A stretch of 64,000 nucleotides of DNA from Candidatus Latescibacterota bacterium (GCA_965221775.1 CBDCSU010000006.1:1312001-1376000); one strand, 5' to 3'. Shown: positions 26,738 to 37,057, counted from the stretch's first letter. Numbers and translations: made by a program. Notes: generated by a model from the sequence alone, not told the origin.

Positions 26738-29521
26738 TCAGTGTCCTCCCACCTGCGGCAGGTGCTCCAGGAGGCGGCGGCGCTCGCGGAAGGGACCCTC
26801 CAGCTCCTCCCGGAAGTGGCGCGCCGTCAGCTCCCGGGGGTTCGCCTCCAGGGCCTGCGCGTAGGCGGCCACGGCCCCGGACCAGTCCTCGCTCAGGCGC
26901 AGGATGTCCCCCTTCAGCACGTGGCGCTTGCCCTCGAACCAGATCCGCAGAAACGACTCCATCTCCAGGCGCGCGACCTCGTCCGGGTAAGCCAGCCACG
27001 GTCCCAGCGCCGGCGGATGCTCGTCCAGGTGGCGGTCGAGGTCGGCCAGCACGCGCCACACGTCGGCGGTGTAGCCGCGCCTGCTGGCGAAGCTCAAGTG
27101 CGGGTGGTCGTCGCTGTTGACGGGACCCTCCCCCACGTAGGCGGCGAAGGAGTCCTGGTCGAGGAGGAAGCAGCTCAGCACGTCGAGGGGGCTCCCCAGG
27201 TCCGCCTCCTCGAGGCTGTCGCGCACCTCGCGGCGGTCGTACCTCGCCTCCAGCTCCGCCAGGTCGACGCGCAGGGGCCCGGTGGTACCGACCATGATGG
27301 AGTAGTGGTTGGTGCGCCACAGGGTGGCGTGCTCGAAGACGCTCCCGAAGGTGCGCAGGACGGTCTTGAAGTCGTCGACCTGCAGGCCGTGGAAGGGCAG
27401 CCACTGCACGAAGATGCCGTCCTCTTTCAGACGCGACCGGCACAGCTCGTAGAAGTCGCGGGTGTAGAGGATCCAGCTGTCGGTGCTGGTGGGATGGGTG
27501 GCGTCGCCGGTGATCACGTCGTACCGGCGCCCCGAGGCCAGCAGGTGGTTGCGGCCGTCGTCGAGGGAGATGTGGACGCGGTGCTCCTTCAGACGGTCGA
27601 GGACGCGGTGGTTGAAGCTCCCGTACTCCTGGCGGGCGGCGGCCACCATGTCGGGCACGATCTCGACGCACTCGACGCGGGTCAGGTCGTGCTGGGCCAC
27701 GGCCCCCAGGGCGATGCCGCCTCCGAGAGCGACGACCAGGACCTCCCGCGGGCCTTCGTGCAACAGCAGCGGCAGGTGGCCCAGAAGCCGGAAGACCTGG
27801 AAGGAGCCGTAGTCGGTGGGCACCTGGCTGCCGCGGTTGAACCTCATCTCGCGGTACCCGGGCTCGGCCGCGACGGTGACCACCCCCTCGCGGCCCTCGC
27901 GGTAGAACACCAGCTCGGCCCCCGGCCGGCGCGGCTCCACGATCCCGCGCAGGACGTCTTCCGGGGCCAGGGCCACGGCGGCGACGGAGAGAGCCAGCGC
28001 GCCGGCGGCCACCGCCTTGTTGCGCCGCAGGGGCCGGTGGCGCTGGTGCAGCCCCAGGACCACGAGGCCGGCGGCGACGTTGACGAGGCCCAGGAGCTTG
28101 AAGGCTCCCTCGGTGCCGAAGGCGGGAACGAGGGCGAAACCGGTGGCGGCGGCGCCGGCGATGGCGCCGAGACTGTTGACCGCGTAGGCGTCCCCGACGC
28201 CGCGGCCGAGGCGCCCGAGGCCGGGGGTGTTGATGCGGCTCACCACCGGGAAGAGGGCGCCCATTAGCAGGGTGGGCCCGAGCATGATGGCGAAGGCGAC
28301 GGCGAAGATGCCAAGGCGATGGCTCCACCAGGTGTCGGCTTGCTGGATCCAGCCGATCCACTGCGGCCACCAGGCGAAGAGGAAGACCGAGCAGAGACCC
28401 ACGAGGCCGATGAGGACCTCCATCGTCCCGAAGAGGGCGGGCAGGTCCCGCTCCGCCCGCAGGAAGCGGCTGCAGGCGAGGCTGCCCAGGGAGATCCCCA
28501 GGAGGAAGGCGATGAGGATGATGCTGAACTCGTAGTGGGTGTTGACCCCGAAGGAGACGATGAAGAGGCGCAGCCAGGCGACCTCGTAGCCGAGAGCGGC
28601 GAAGCCGGAGAGGCCGAAGGCGGCGATGACGGCGGTGACGATGTGGCGCGGGACCGGTTCGGCGGCCGACGCCGGATCCGCGGCCATCCCATGCTCCCCC
28701 GGCGGTGCGGGCGCGGCTGTCTCCGGCGTCCCGGCGGGTTCGAGGCCGGTGTCGGGAGATGGGTCCGTTGCGGGGGCCGGCGGGGGAGTGGCCTCGGGGT
28801 CTCCGGACGGTTCGAGGCCGATGCCGGCAGGCTGATCCTGCGCAGGGGACGCGGCCCTCCGGTCGACCAGCAGGGCGAGGGCGGCGACGGTGAAGTTGAC
28901 GGCAGCCACCGTCCAGGTGCTGCCCTTCAGCCCGAGGGCTTCCATCAGGAGGAAGGTGACCAGGACGACGCCGGCCACGGCGCCCAGGGTGTTGATCCCG
29001 TAGAGCAGGCCCACCCCCGGGCCGGCGCCCGCCAGCCGGCGCACGACGAACTTCGACAGCACCGGCAGGGTGGCGCCCATCAGCGTCGTCGGCACGAGCA
29101 GCAGCAGGAAGGTGATGACGAAGCGCAGGACCGGGCCGAGGGCCCCGCCCTCCGGGCCGAGAGCCTGCACCAGAACCGCCGAGGATCCGATCCCGCCGGC
29201 CAGGGCGGGAAAGAGCAGGGCGTAGAGACCGACGCCGGCTTCGAGGAGGGCGAAGATGCGCAGCGGCCGGCCGAGGCCCGCGCCGGCGCCGCCGCCGTCG
29301 ACGTAGCGCCCGCAGAGGAAGCTGCCGAGGGCGAGGCCCGCCATGAAGGCGCTCAGCACCGTGCTCACGGCGAGCATGGTGGCGCCGAAGACGACGACGA
29401 GCATGCGCGCCCAGACGACCTGGTAGACGAGGCCGCAGGCGCCGGAGAGGAAGAACAGGCACGGGACGATCAGAAGCGTCCGCGGCGCCAGGTCGCGACG
29501 GGGAGGTCCGTCAGCGGTCAC
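26738..29521 (-). CDS. Fused MFS/spermidine synthase with a C-terminal TPR
   Basis: FFLSGACGLVYQVVWAR, LMGATLP, LYGINTLGA, SGFAALGYEVAW, YREG, VLVVALGGG, VEIVP, DDGRN, YDVITGD, LYTRDFY, GIFVQWLP. Confidence 0.92.
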   Translation of the reverse strand: MTADGPPRRDLAPRTLLIVPCLFFLSGACGLVYQVVWARMLVVVFGATMLAVSTVLSAFMAGLALGSFLCGRYVDGGGAGAGLGRPLRIFALLEAGVGLYALLFPALAGGIGSSAVLVQALGPEGGALGPVLRFVITFLLLLVPTTLMGATLPVLSKFVVRRLAGAGPGVGLLYGINTLGAVAGVVLVTFLLMEALGLKGSTWTVAAVNFTVAALALLVDRRAASPAQDQPAGIGLEPSGDPEATPPPAPATDPSPDTGLEPAGTPETAAPAPPGEHGMAADPASAAEPVPRHIVTAVIAAFGLSGFAALGYEVAWLRLFIVSFGVNTHYEFSIILIAFLLGISLGSLACSRFLRAERDLPALFGTMEVLIGLVGLCSVFLFAWWPQWIGWIQQADTWWSHRLGIFAVAFAIMLGPTLLMGALFPVVSRINTPGLGRLGRGVGDAYAVNSLGAIAGAAATGFALVPAFGTEGAFKLLGLVNVAAGLVVLGLHQRHRPLRRNKAVAAGALALSVAAVALAPEDVLRGIVEPRRPGAELVFYREGREGVVTVAAEPGYREMRFNRGSQVPTDYGSFQVFRLLGHLPLLLHEGPREVLVVALGGGIALGAVAQHDLTRVECVEIVPDMVAAARQEYGSFNHRVLDRLKEHRVHISLDDGRNHLLASGRRYDVITGDATHPTSTDSWILYTRDFYELCRSRLKEDGIFVQWLPFHGLQVDDFKTVLRTFGSVFEHATLWRTNHYSIMVGTTGPLRVDLAELEARYDRREVRDSLEEADLGSPLDVLSCFLLDQDSFAAYVGEGPVNSDDHPHLSFASRRGYTADVWRVLADLDRHLDEHPPALGPWLAYPDEVARLEMESFLRIWFEGKRHVLKGDILRLSEDWSGAVAAYAQALEANPRELTARHFREELEGPFRERRRLLEHLPQVGGH

Positions 29522-29631
29522 GGGAGTTGCGGCCGGCCGATGACGACCACCTTCGAGCCGGAGGCCTTGCGCCTTGCAGCCCCCCGTGGGCAGCCCCTCT
29601 TTACTCCCGACCTATTCAAGGAAGGCGCGCC

Positions 29632-31764
29632 GTGAACCTGAATTCCCTCTTCGCAGAGTTGCCCCCCGGCCACGTCACCAGCATCGCGGGGGCGCCCCAC
29701 GAGACCGGCGTGCCGGCGAAAGAGGCCCACGTGGGCTGGCCCATCGGCGTCGTCCGCCGCGCCGACGGCGACCTGATCGTCGCCGACTGGCACGCCAACC
29801 GCCTCTGGCGCATCGACGGGGACGGCATCCTGCACGCCTTCGCCGGCGACGGCGTCCCGGGGAACCGCGGCGACGGCGGGCCGGCGCTGGAGGCGCGGCT
29901 TCGCGGGCCCCACAGCCTGACCCTGGACCGCCACGGCAACATCTACACCGCCGACCTGGCGAACCGCACGATCCGCCGCATCGACGCGGAGACCGGCATC
30001 ATCACCCGGGTGGCCGGCTCCGGCCGGGCCGGCCGCGGCGGCGACGGGGGTCCCGCCCTCGAGGCGGAGCTGGACGTCCACTGCGGCATCGCCGTCGATG
30101 GGGCGGACAACCTCTACCTGTCCAGCGAGTGGCAGAACACGATTCGGAAGGTCGACGCGAGGACCGGTGTCATCGAGCTCTTCGCCGGCCACGACGCCCG
30201 TCACTATCCGTCGGAGAAAGGAAGGAGCCGGCCCTACCTGGGCAAGGGGCTGGAAGACTGGGGCGGCCTCAACTGGGGCGGCTACCACGGCGACGGCGGC
30301 CCCGCCGCGGACGCCTCCTTCTACCATCCCGAGCACCTGGCCTTCGACTCCCGGGGCGATCTCTACGTCTGCGACAACTCGAACCACCGCATCCGCAAGA
30401 TCGACATGGCCACCGGCATCATCACCACCGTGCTCGGCAACGGCATGCCCGCCTCCAACGGCGACGGCGGACCCGCCACCGAGGCCAGCACGCTGATGCC
30501 GGACGCCATCTGCCTGGACGCCCGCGACAACCTCTTCGTGGGCGAGAAGTACGGCTACCGCGTCCGCCGGGTCGACGCCGCCACCGGCATCGTGACGACG
30601 CTGGTGGGCACCGGCGTTCCCGGCTGGGGTGACGAGGGGGTGCACGGCTCCGAGGCGGTCTGCAACTCGGTGGAGGCCGGCATTCTCGCCGACCCGGACG
30701 GGACCCTGTTCTGGTGCGACTGCTCCGGCCGGATGCGCCGCTACGACGGGGAGACGGGCATCGTCACCACGGCCCTCGGCGGCACCAGCATCCACGACGG
30801 CGAGCCGGCGCAGCAGGGCTTCCTGGCGGCCCCCGCGGGAATCGCCGCGGGACCGGACGGCCACATCTACTTCGCCGACTTCTTCAATCAGCGGATCCGG
30901 GCGATCGACCCGTCCAGCGGCCTCATCCGCACCGTCGCCGGCAACGGCGCCAGGGCCTGCGGCGGCGACGGCGGACCCGCCCCCGACGCCTACCTGAGCA
31001 ATCCCCGCGACGTCTCCGTCGACGCCCGGGGACGCGCGGTCATCGCCGACACCCGTCACGGCTACGTCCGCCGCGTAGAGGAGAGCGGGACCATCCAGAC
31101 CATCGCCGGCACCGGCCTGCAGTGGGACAAGGGGGACGGCGGACCCGCGGCCGGCGCCTGCATGCTGTCGGTGACCGCCGTGGCCCACGGACCGGGCGGC
31201 GACGTCTTCCTCGCCGACGGCACCATCGGCCGGGTGCGCCGCATCGACGCGAAGACCGGCATCATCACCACCGTCGCCGGCATCGGGGAGCCCGGGTACT
31301 CCGGGGACGGAGGGCCCGCCACCGCCGCCCGCATCGGCTCGGTGAACGCCATCCGCTTCGACGGGCGCGGCCGCATGTACCTGGCCGACAGCTCCAACCA
31401 CGCCGTCCGCAGGGTCGATGCGGGCGGGACCATCGCCACCATCGTTGGCACCGGCGAACCCGGGTGCTCCCCCGAAGGCACCCGCCCCGAGGAGGCCCGC
31501 CTGAACACCCCCAACGGCATCGCCGTCACCGCCGGCGGGGTCCTCTACGTATGCGACTCCATGAACAACCGCCTCCTCCGCTGCGCCCCGGGGAGGGCGC
31601 TGGAGGTGGTCGCGGGCGGGGAGGGCCAGGGATTCGCGGGAGACGGCGGGCCGGCGAGGCAGGCGCTCTTCAACGAACCGTACGGCATCTGCCTGTACGG
31701 GGATGATCTGCTGCTGGTCACCGACTACTTCAACAACCGCATCCGGGCGATCAGGCTGAAGTAG
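29632..31764 (+). CDS. NHL-repeat (teneurin-like) beta-propeller protein
   Basis: About 12 repeats of the form P..l.vD..GnlYiaD..N.RIRkID..tGiItTvAG.G..g..GDGGPA. GTG start after AAGGAAGG. Confidence 0.92.
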   Translation: MNLNSLFAELPPGHVTSIAGAPHETGVPAKEAHVGWPIGVVRRADGDLIVADWHANRLWRIDGDGILHAFAGDGVPGNRGDGGPALEARLRGPHSLTLDRHGNIYTADLANRTIRRIDAETGIITRVAGSGRAGRGGDGGPALEAELDVHCGIAVDGADNLYLSSEWQNTIRKVDARTGVIELFAGHDARHYPSEKGRSRPYLGKGLEDWGGLNWGGYHGDGGPAADASFYHPEHLAFDSRGDLYVCDNSNHRIRKIDMATGIITTVLGNGMPASNGDGGPATEASTLMPDAICLDARDNLFVGEKYGYRVRRVDAATGIVTTLVGTGVPGWGDEGVHGSEAVCNSVEAGILADPDGTLFWCDCSGRMRRYDGETGIVTTALGGTSIHDGEPAQQGFLAAPAGIAAGPDGHIYFADFFNQRIRAIDPSSGLIRTVAGNGARACGGDGGPAPDAYLSNPRDVSVDARGRAVIADTRHGYVRRVEESGTIQTIAGTGLQWDKGDGGPAAGACMLSVTAVAHGPGGDVFLADGTIGRVRRIDAKTGIITTVAGIGEPGYSGDGGPATAARIGSVNAIRFDGRGRMYLADSSNHAVRRVDAGGTIATIVGTGEPGCSPEGTRPEEARLNTPNGIAVTAGGVLYVCDSMNNRLLRCAPGRALEVVAGGEGQGFAGDGGPARQALFNEPYGICLYGDDLLLVTDYFNNRIRAIRLK

Positions 31765-31781
31765 CCGGCGACCCTCCGACG

Positions 31782-33815
31782 CTACTCGACGGGGACCGTC
31801 CCGCCGTGCCAGGGGAAGGCGTAGGTAGGGTCGTTGGCGAACCGCTTCATGCCGCAGGTCAGGCGCACCGAGGTCATGGGCGGCAGGGCCACGGTGAAGT
31901 GCCGGCCGTCCACCTGGAGGCTGCCGCTGGTGGCCGTCTTCTCGGCGCGCACGCGGGTGTTGGGGTTGGGATCGTCGCTGTCGATGGCCGTCCCCGTGAA
32001 CCCCACCTGGGTGAAGGAGTGCTCGCCGAAGGCCCCTGACTGGACGATCAGGCTCCGGCTCTCGCTGTGGCTGGTGTTCACCAGCTGGATCCCGCAGCCG
32101 TCGGCGGAGAGGTCGTCCACGAGGGCGGCCACGTCCGGCGGCAGGCCGGGGCGGGTGGCGTCGGCGTCGAAGTAGCGCACCGTGGCGCGCAGGATGCCGC
32201 CGTTGTAGAGCTGGCCCGGGCAGCCCATGGTGGTCTGCACCAGGCCCTTGACGATCACCGGGTTCGGCGGCCAGGCGTTGTCGTCGATGATCTGCTGCAC
32301 GCTGCGGTCGTCGCGGTTCATGCCCTCGAGGAAGGCGGCGGCCTGCTGGTAGTCGGACTGCAGGCACTGCACCGGCCAGCCCGGGTTCCTGCCGTCGTAG
32401 TACTGGAAGCGGGCGAACTCGGTGCGGGCGCCGCCGCGGTCGCCGATGGCGGGCAGCTCGTTCCAGTCGGTGCCGCCGCCGTCGCGCACGCGCATGACCA
32501 GCTCGTAGTCGCCCTGTGACATCGACTCGTGCCACAGGTTGACCAGGTGGGCGGGGCCGCCGCGGATGGTGAACTCGTCGTACCCGAACCAGCCCGAAGG
32601 GCCGTGGCTCTTGGGCACCACCAGGCGGCCGTCCTCCATGCGGCCGCGGTCGAGGAGGGCGACGACCTGCGAGCGCAGGACCTCCAGGTAGCCGTCGTCG
32701 CCGCCGCTGAGCAGGTGGGCGCACTGGGCCCCCACGATGAGCCCGAGGAAGAGCCGGTCGGCGGCGCTCTCGCTGCTGCTCCAGCCGTGCAGCCCTCCCC
32801 ACCACTGGCCGTCGCGGTGCTCGCCGACCTGGCCGGTGGGGCCGACGTTGTCGGGGATGACGCCGCCGTTGGCGCGGATGCGCTCGATCCAGCTGCCCAC
32901 GTAGTCGAGGACCCACCTCTTGTACTTCTCGTCGCCGGTGTAGAGGTAGGCGTTGGTCACCAGGGCGGTGGCGCAGAGGCCGGCCGGCTCGTCGCCCTGG
33001 AGCGCCATCTTGTCGAAGAGGTCGAGGATCTCCTCGCGGCGGGCCTCGTCCTCGTACCAGCGCGACTCCAGCTCCTTGATCTTCGGGTAGAGGAAGTGGG
33101 GGGTCAGCGGCCCGGGGCTCGGGTTGTCCTGGATCACGTTGCGGTGTCCGAAGTCGCCGATGGAACCGCGGTCGAGCCAGTGGCGCACGAGGTGGACGTA
33201 GTTGGAGACGCCTCCCTCCCTGTGGATGATCTCCTTGTGCTGGCGCACGGAGGTCATTGGGCCGGCGCCGCCGTGGAGGGGCGAGCGGAATATGCCGCGC
33301 TCGGCGTCGAAGTTGGGGGCTGCCGGGTCCTCGCCGATGTACATGGCCGCGAACCTGCGGGCCCGCTCGCGGTTGGAGGGGTTCGTCGGGTCGGCGACGC
33401 CGAAGTCGTAGAGCATCTGGTTGCCCTCGCCCATGTGGAACCAGTCGGCGTTGAAGGGCACGTTGAGGTTCCAGTACTCGTTGCGCAGCTGGGGCATGTA
33501 CATGGGGTGCATCGGCTCGTCGTCGGTGAGCTTGCGCTCCTCGCTGTAGAGCCAGGTGATGGCGTCCCACTCGCGCTTGGCGATGTGCAGGAAGCGCTCG
33601 TGGCCGCCGAGGGCGTAGAGCATGCCCCGCATGGAGCGGCTCTCGTAGGCGTCGTCCACGTCGAAGAAGTGGTAGACCCGGCCGTCGGAGCGGGCGTAGC
33701 CCTCGGTGGCGGCGTCGCCGGCGGTTTCCAGGATGTTGAAGAGGCGGCGCTGCAGCAGGGCCCACTCGGGAGGGGGGACGATGTCGGTGGCGACGATGGC
33801 CGGCGTGGATGCCAT
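31782..33815 (-). CDS. Conserved hypothetical protein (677 aa; possible (alpha/alpha) barrel plus beta-sandwich enzyme)
   Basis: ATG at 33815 with AGGAG RBS. Motifs PPEWALLQR, DDAYES, DWFHMGEG, RARRFAAMY.GEDP.APN, PDNVGP.G, WWGG, RPGLPPDVAALV, GAFGEH. Confidence 0.85.
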   Translation of the reverse strand: MASTPAIVATDIVPPPEWALLQRRLFNILETAGDAATEGYARSDGRVYHFFDVDDAYESRSMRGMLYALGGHERFLHIAKREWDAITWLYSEERKLTDDEPMHPMYMPQLRNEYWNLNVPFNADWFHMGEGNQMLYDFGVADPTNPSNRERARRFAAMYIGEDPAAPNFDAERGIFRSPLHGGAGPMTSVRQHKEIIHREGGVSNYVHLVRHWLDRGSIGDFGHRNVIQDNPSPGPLTPHFLYPKIKELESRWYEDEARREEILDLFDKMALQGDEPAGLCATALVTNAYLYTGDEKYKRWVLDYVGSWIERIRANGGVIPDNVGPTGQVGEHRDGQWWGGLHGWSSSESAADRLFLGLIVGAQCAHLLSGGDDGYLEVLRSQVVALLDRGRMEDGRLVVPKSHGPSGWFGYDEFTIRGGPAHLVNLWHESMSQGDYELVMRVRDGGGTDWNELPAIGDRGGARTEFARFQYYDGRNPGWPVQCLQSDYQQAAAFLEGMNRDDRSVQQIIDDNAWPPNPVIVKGLVQTTMGCPGQLYNGGILRATVRYFDADATRPGLPPDVAALVDDLSADGCGIQLVNTSHSESRSLIVQSGAFGEHSFTQVGFTGTAIDSDDPNPNTRVRAEKTATSGSLQVDGRHFTVALPPMTSVRLTCGMKRFANDPTYAFPWHGGTVPVE

Positions 33816-34038
33816 GGGGGAGCGTCTCCTCTGATTTCGATGGACTTGCGGTGACCCCGGGGCGGGTCCATTGGGACCGCTCGGGCCGGGTGCCTGGCCG
33901 GACGGGGGCGGCAAGTATAGGCCGGCTCCCTCGCCGGAGGAAGCGTTCCCGCGCCGGCGGTGGACAGGTCCGGGCGGCCAGATCCGGCCATGTTCACTAC
34001 CTTCGGACCCCGACCCCCAGACCTTGCGGAGAGCCTGC

Positions 34039-35181
34039 ATGATCATCGATTCACACGTCTACTGCTTCGAGCCGGCCACCAGCCCCGCCGGCCACGCCAC
34101 CGGCGAGGACCACATGAAGTGGCTGCAACTGGCCCACGCCGCCCATCATCAGCCGGCGATCCGCATCCGCGACCGCTCGCCGGGACCGTCGGCGCCGCTC
34201 AATCCCTCGGGCCGCTGGGACCCCGGCGCCGCGCCGGACGTGAACTTCCGGATCAACTCCGCCAGGGGCCGGGTGGTGTGGAACCACGAGGGCGAGGAGT
34301 ACACCAAGCACTTCTATCCCCCGGACATGGGAGAGCTGGACTACACCCACTTCAGCCTGACCTGCGAGATGGACTACGCCGGCGTCGACATGGCCCTGCT
34401 CCACGTCGACCCCATACTGGGGCGGGACAGCGCCTTCCAGGCCGCCTGCGTCGAGCGCTTCCCCGACCGCCTGCGCTCCATGGCGCCGGTGGACGAGTGG
34501 CGCATCGTCCCGGAGACCGACGCCGTCATCGGCGAGCTGCAGCGGGCGATCGGCGAGCTCGGCCTGCACGCCGTCAAGTTCTGTCCGCCCCACGCCTACC
34601 TGGGCAACCAGGAGCCCTGGGACGACGGCCCCTTCCGCCCCTTCTGGGAGGCGGCCACGGCCCTGGGCGTGCCGGTCTTCTTCACCTTGGGATCGGGTCC
34701 CGCCGGGATGGCCGGCGAGGATCCGCCCGGCGGGCAGCGGCAGGAGTACCTGGACGAGCTGCGCATCCTCACCCGCTGGATGGAGCGCTACCCCGACACC
34801 GTCTGCTCCCTCACCCACGGCTTCCCGTGGCGGCTCTTCCTCGAGGGCGGCCGCATCGTCCTGCCGGAGGAGGTCTGGGAACCCTTCGCGAGCCCGAGCT
34901 GCCACCTCGAGGTCTGCTTCCCCGTGCGGCTGGGCGACCTCTTCGACTTCCCCTGGCGGGAGGTCTGGCCGACGCTGGAGGAGATGGTCGCCCGCGTCGG
35001 CTCCGACCGCCTGCTGTGGGGGACGGACATGCCCTTCCAGAACCGGTTCTGCACCTACCGGCAGTCGCGCCGGTGGATCGAGCACTACTGCGACTTTCTG
35101 ACCGACGCTGACAGGGACGCCATCATGGGCCTTACCGCGGCGCGCATCCTGGGGATCGAGACCGGGGGCGGCCGGGTATGA
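34039..35181 (+). CDS. Amidohydrolase family protein (Amidohydro_2-like)
   Basis: MIIDSH, EMDYAGVD.A, PDRL, FWEAA..LGVPV, THGFP, RLLWGTDMP, IMG.TAARIL. Confidence 0.88.
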   Translation: MIIDSHVYCFEPATSPAGHATGEDHMKWLQLAHAAHHQPAIRIRDRSPGPSAPLNPSGRWDPGAAPDVNFRINSARGRVVWNHEGEEYTKHFYPPDMGELDYTHFSLTCEMDYAGVDMALLHVDPILGRDSAFQAACVERFPDRLRSMAPVDEWRIVPETDAVIGELQRAIGELGLHAVKFCPPHAYLGNQEPWDDGPFRPFWEAATALGVPVFFTLGSGPAGMAGEDPPGGQRQEYLDELRILTRWMERYPDTVCSLTHGFPWRLFLEGGRIVLPEEVWEPFASPSCHLEVCFPVRLGDLFDFPWREVWPTLEEMVARVGSDRLLWGTDMPFQNRFCTYRQSRRWIEHYCDFLTDADRDAIMGLTAARILGIETGGGRV

Positions 35182-35342
35182 GCAGCCGGTATTTCCACAT
35201 ATATTGGAGCCCCGGAGCCCTCGCCCCCCGGCTGACCCGGCCGGCGGCGCAAGCCTCGCCCGCCGCCACGGGGAGGCCCCGCAGCCGCTCACTCCTCCGG
35301 TCCCTGGTGGCCGGGCCGAAGGCGCTCCCCATGCAGATGGCC

Positions 35343-37046
35343 ATGCCGATTCCGAAGGCCCCCGCCCGCCGCTTGTCCATCCCCTCCTCCACCCGGGTGC
35401 GCTTCCTCGCGCCCGCCCTCCTCGCCGCCCTCCTCGCCGGCTGCGGTCCCGACGAACTGGTCCTGGCCCGGGTCGGGGATTCCGAGATCACCGACTCCGG
35501 ACTGCAGAGGTTCGTCGACCGGTTGCCCGACCACCTGGTGAGCGACCAGCAGGGGGTCGCAGCCGACCGGGACCACCTGGAGAGCCTGGTCGACCAGGAG
35601 CTGCTGCTGCTGGAGGCCCGCAGCCGGGGGCTGGACACCACCTCGGCGCTGGCCCGGCAGATGGAGGACGCGGAGCGGGCCTGGCTCTCCCGGCGCTACC
35701 AGCGCCAGGTGATCGCCCCCAAGGTCGAGATCGGCCCCAAGGAGGTGGAGCGCGCCTTCCACGACATGGGCTTCGACCGCGAGCGGCTGCTGCAGCGCAT
35801 CGTCCTCAAGGGGAGCGAGGCCGAGGCCCGCGCCGTCTTCGAGCAGCTCGAGTCGCGAACCGACTACGACGAGCTGGCCAGGGAGTACGCCCCCAACGAC
35901 CCCAGCACCGACTCGACCGGAACCATCGGCTGGGTCGGCGTGCCCGGACTCAAGCGCCTGCGGGTGCCGCAGGGCGAGTTCCTCTCCCTGCCGGTGGGAA
36001 CGCCGGCCCTGCTCCCCCTCTCGCAGCTGGTGTGGCAGATCATCCGCTTCGCCGAAGACCGCGAGGCGCCGATCCAGCTCTACGCCGAGGACGTCCGCAA
36101 GCTCCTCTACATGGAACAGTGGTGGCGCCGCACGGAGGAGGAGATCGAGCTGCTCCGGCGGGACCAGGACGTGCGCCCCCACCCGGAGGGGGTGCGGGCC
36201 CTCATCGAGCGCACCGAAGCGCGCCAGCCGGAGCTGACCCCGGAGCAGGCCCGCCAGCCGCTGTTCACCTGGGCCGGCGGCGGCCCCATCACCGCCGCCG
36301 ACTTCGTCGACCGGGTCCGCAAGATGGCCAAGAGCTCGGCCCTGTCGGACAGCGCCCTCATCCTCTCCATCGCCGAGCGGGAGCTCCTCTACCCCCGTCT
36401 CTTCGCCTTCGCGGCGCGGCAACGAGGATGGCACCAGGACGAGGCCTTCGACGAGTGGCGGGCCCACACCCGCGACGGGCTCCTGGTGGACCACCTGATG
36501 CAGACCGAGGTGGAGGACCACCTGGTGTTCTCGGAGGAGGAGGTTCGGGGCTACTTCGAGGCGAACCGCGAGTTGTTCAGCGCCGGCGACAGGGCCCGCA
36601 TCGAGGAAGTGCACACGGAGGACGAGGACGAGGCCCGGGGGTGGCGCGGCGAGATCGAGGGGGGAGCAACCTTCGCCGAGATCCTCCGGCGTCCGGGCGC
36701 GGCCTCCCACGGCATCCACAGGAGGGGCGGGGAGATGGTCCTGCAGCGCCATCTCGCCGAGGGCTTTCCGGAGCTGGTGGAGGCCGCCTTCTCGGCGCCC
36801 GTGGGCGAGGTGCTGGGTCCTCTGTACCTGGAGAAGGTCGACAGCCATGCGATCCTGCGGGTCCTGGAGCGGGAGGGCAGCCGCCTCCTGACCTTCGAGG
36901 AGGCGAGCGCCGCCGTGGCGCAACACCTGCGCGCCAAGGAGCGGGACACCCGGGTCTCCGCCCTCTTCGAGTCCCTGCGGAGCAGATACGGGGATCGCAT
37001 ACAGGTCTTCGAGGACCGCCTGGAACAACGGCACGCAAAGGGGTAA
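35343..37046 (+). CDS. PpiC/SurA/PrsA-type peptidyl-prolyl isomerase lipoprotein (two SurA-N plus rotamase modules); start uncertain (35178-35397)
   Basis: Lipobox ALLAGC; LARVGDSEIT; LESLVDQELLLLEARSRGLD; YDELAREY..D...G.IGW; EEEVRGYFEAN; GATFAE; AAFSAPVGEV.GP; TFEEA. Confidence 0.85.
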   Translation: MPIPKAPARRLSIPSSTRVRFLAPALLAALLAGCGPDELVLARVGDSEITDSGLQRFVDRLPDHLVSDQQGVAADRDHLESLVDQELLLLEARSRGLDTTSALARQMEDAERAWLSRRYQRQVIAPKVEIGPKEVERAFHDMGFDRERLLQRIVLKGSEAEARAVFEQLESRTDYDELAREYAPNDPSTDSTGTIGWVGVPGLKRLRVPQGEFLSLPVGTPALLPLSQLVWQIIRFAEDREAPIQLYAEDVRKLLYMEQWWRRTEEEIELLRRDQDVRPHPEGVRALIERTEARQPELTPEQARQPLFTWAGGGPITAADFVDRVRKMAKSSALSDSALILSIAERELLYPRLFAFAARQRGWHQDEAFDEWRAHTRDGLLVDHLMQTEVEDHLVFSEEEVRGYFEANRELFSAGDRARIEEVHTEDEDEARGWRGEIEGGATFAEILRRPGAASHGIHRRGGEMVLQRHLAEGFPELVEAAFSAPVGEVLGPLYLEKVDSHAILRVLEREGSRLLTFEEASAAVAQHLRAKERDTRVSALFESLRSRYGDRIQVFEDRLEQRHAKG

Positions 37047-37057
37047 GGAGCCAGTCG

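Noticed and set aside
29518-33765. 1415-aa minus-strand ORF, and other very long alternative-frame ORFs (4916-7342, 36551-39658, 43594-46560, 46434-49745, 49408-51885)
   Set aside because: Shadow ORFs typical of high-GC DNA. They are Arg/Pro/Gly-rich or antisense to well-supported genes and carry no family motifs.
35204-37057. Apparent 1508-aa protein, and similar N-terminal extensions (172, 8740, 13589, 14785, 22385, 39082, 45933, 53499)
   Set aside because: The extensions are off-frame read-through of upstream genes. The true starts have an RBS, a signal peptide or a stop-start overlap further downstream.
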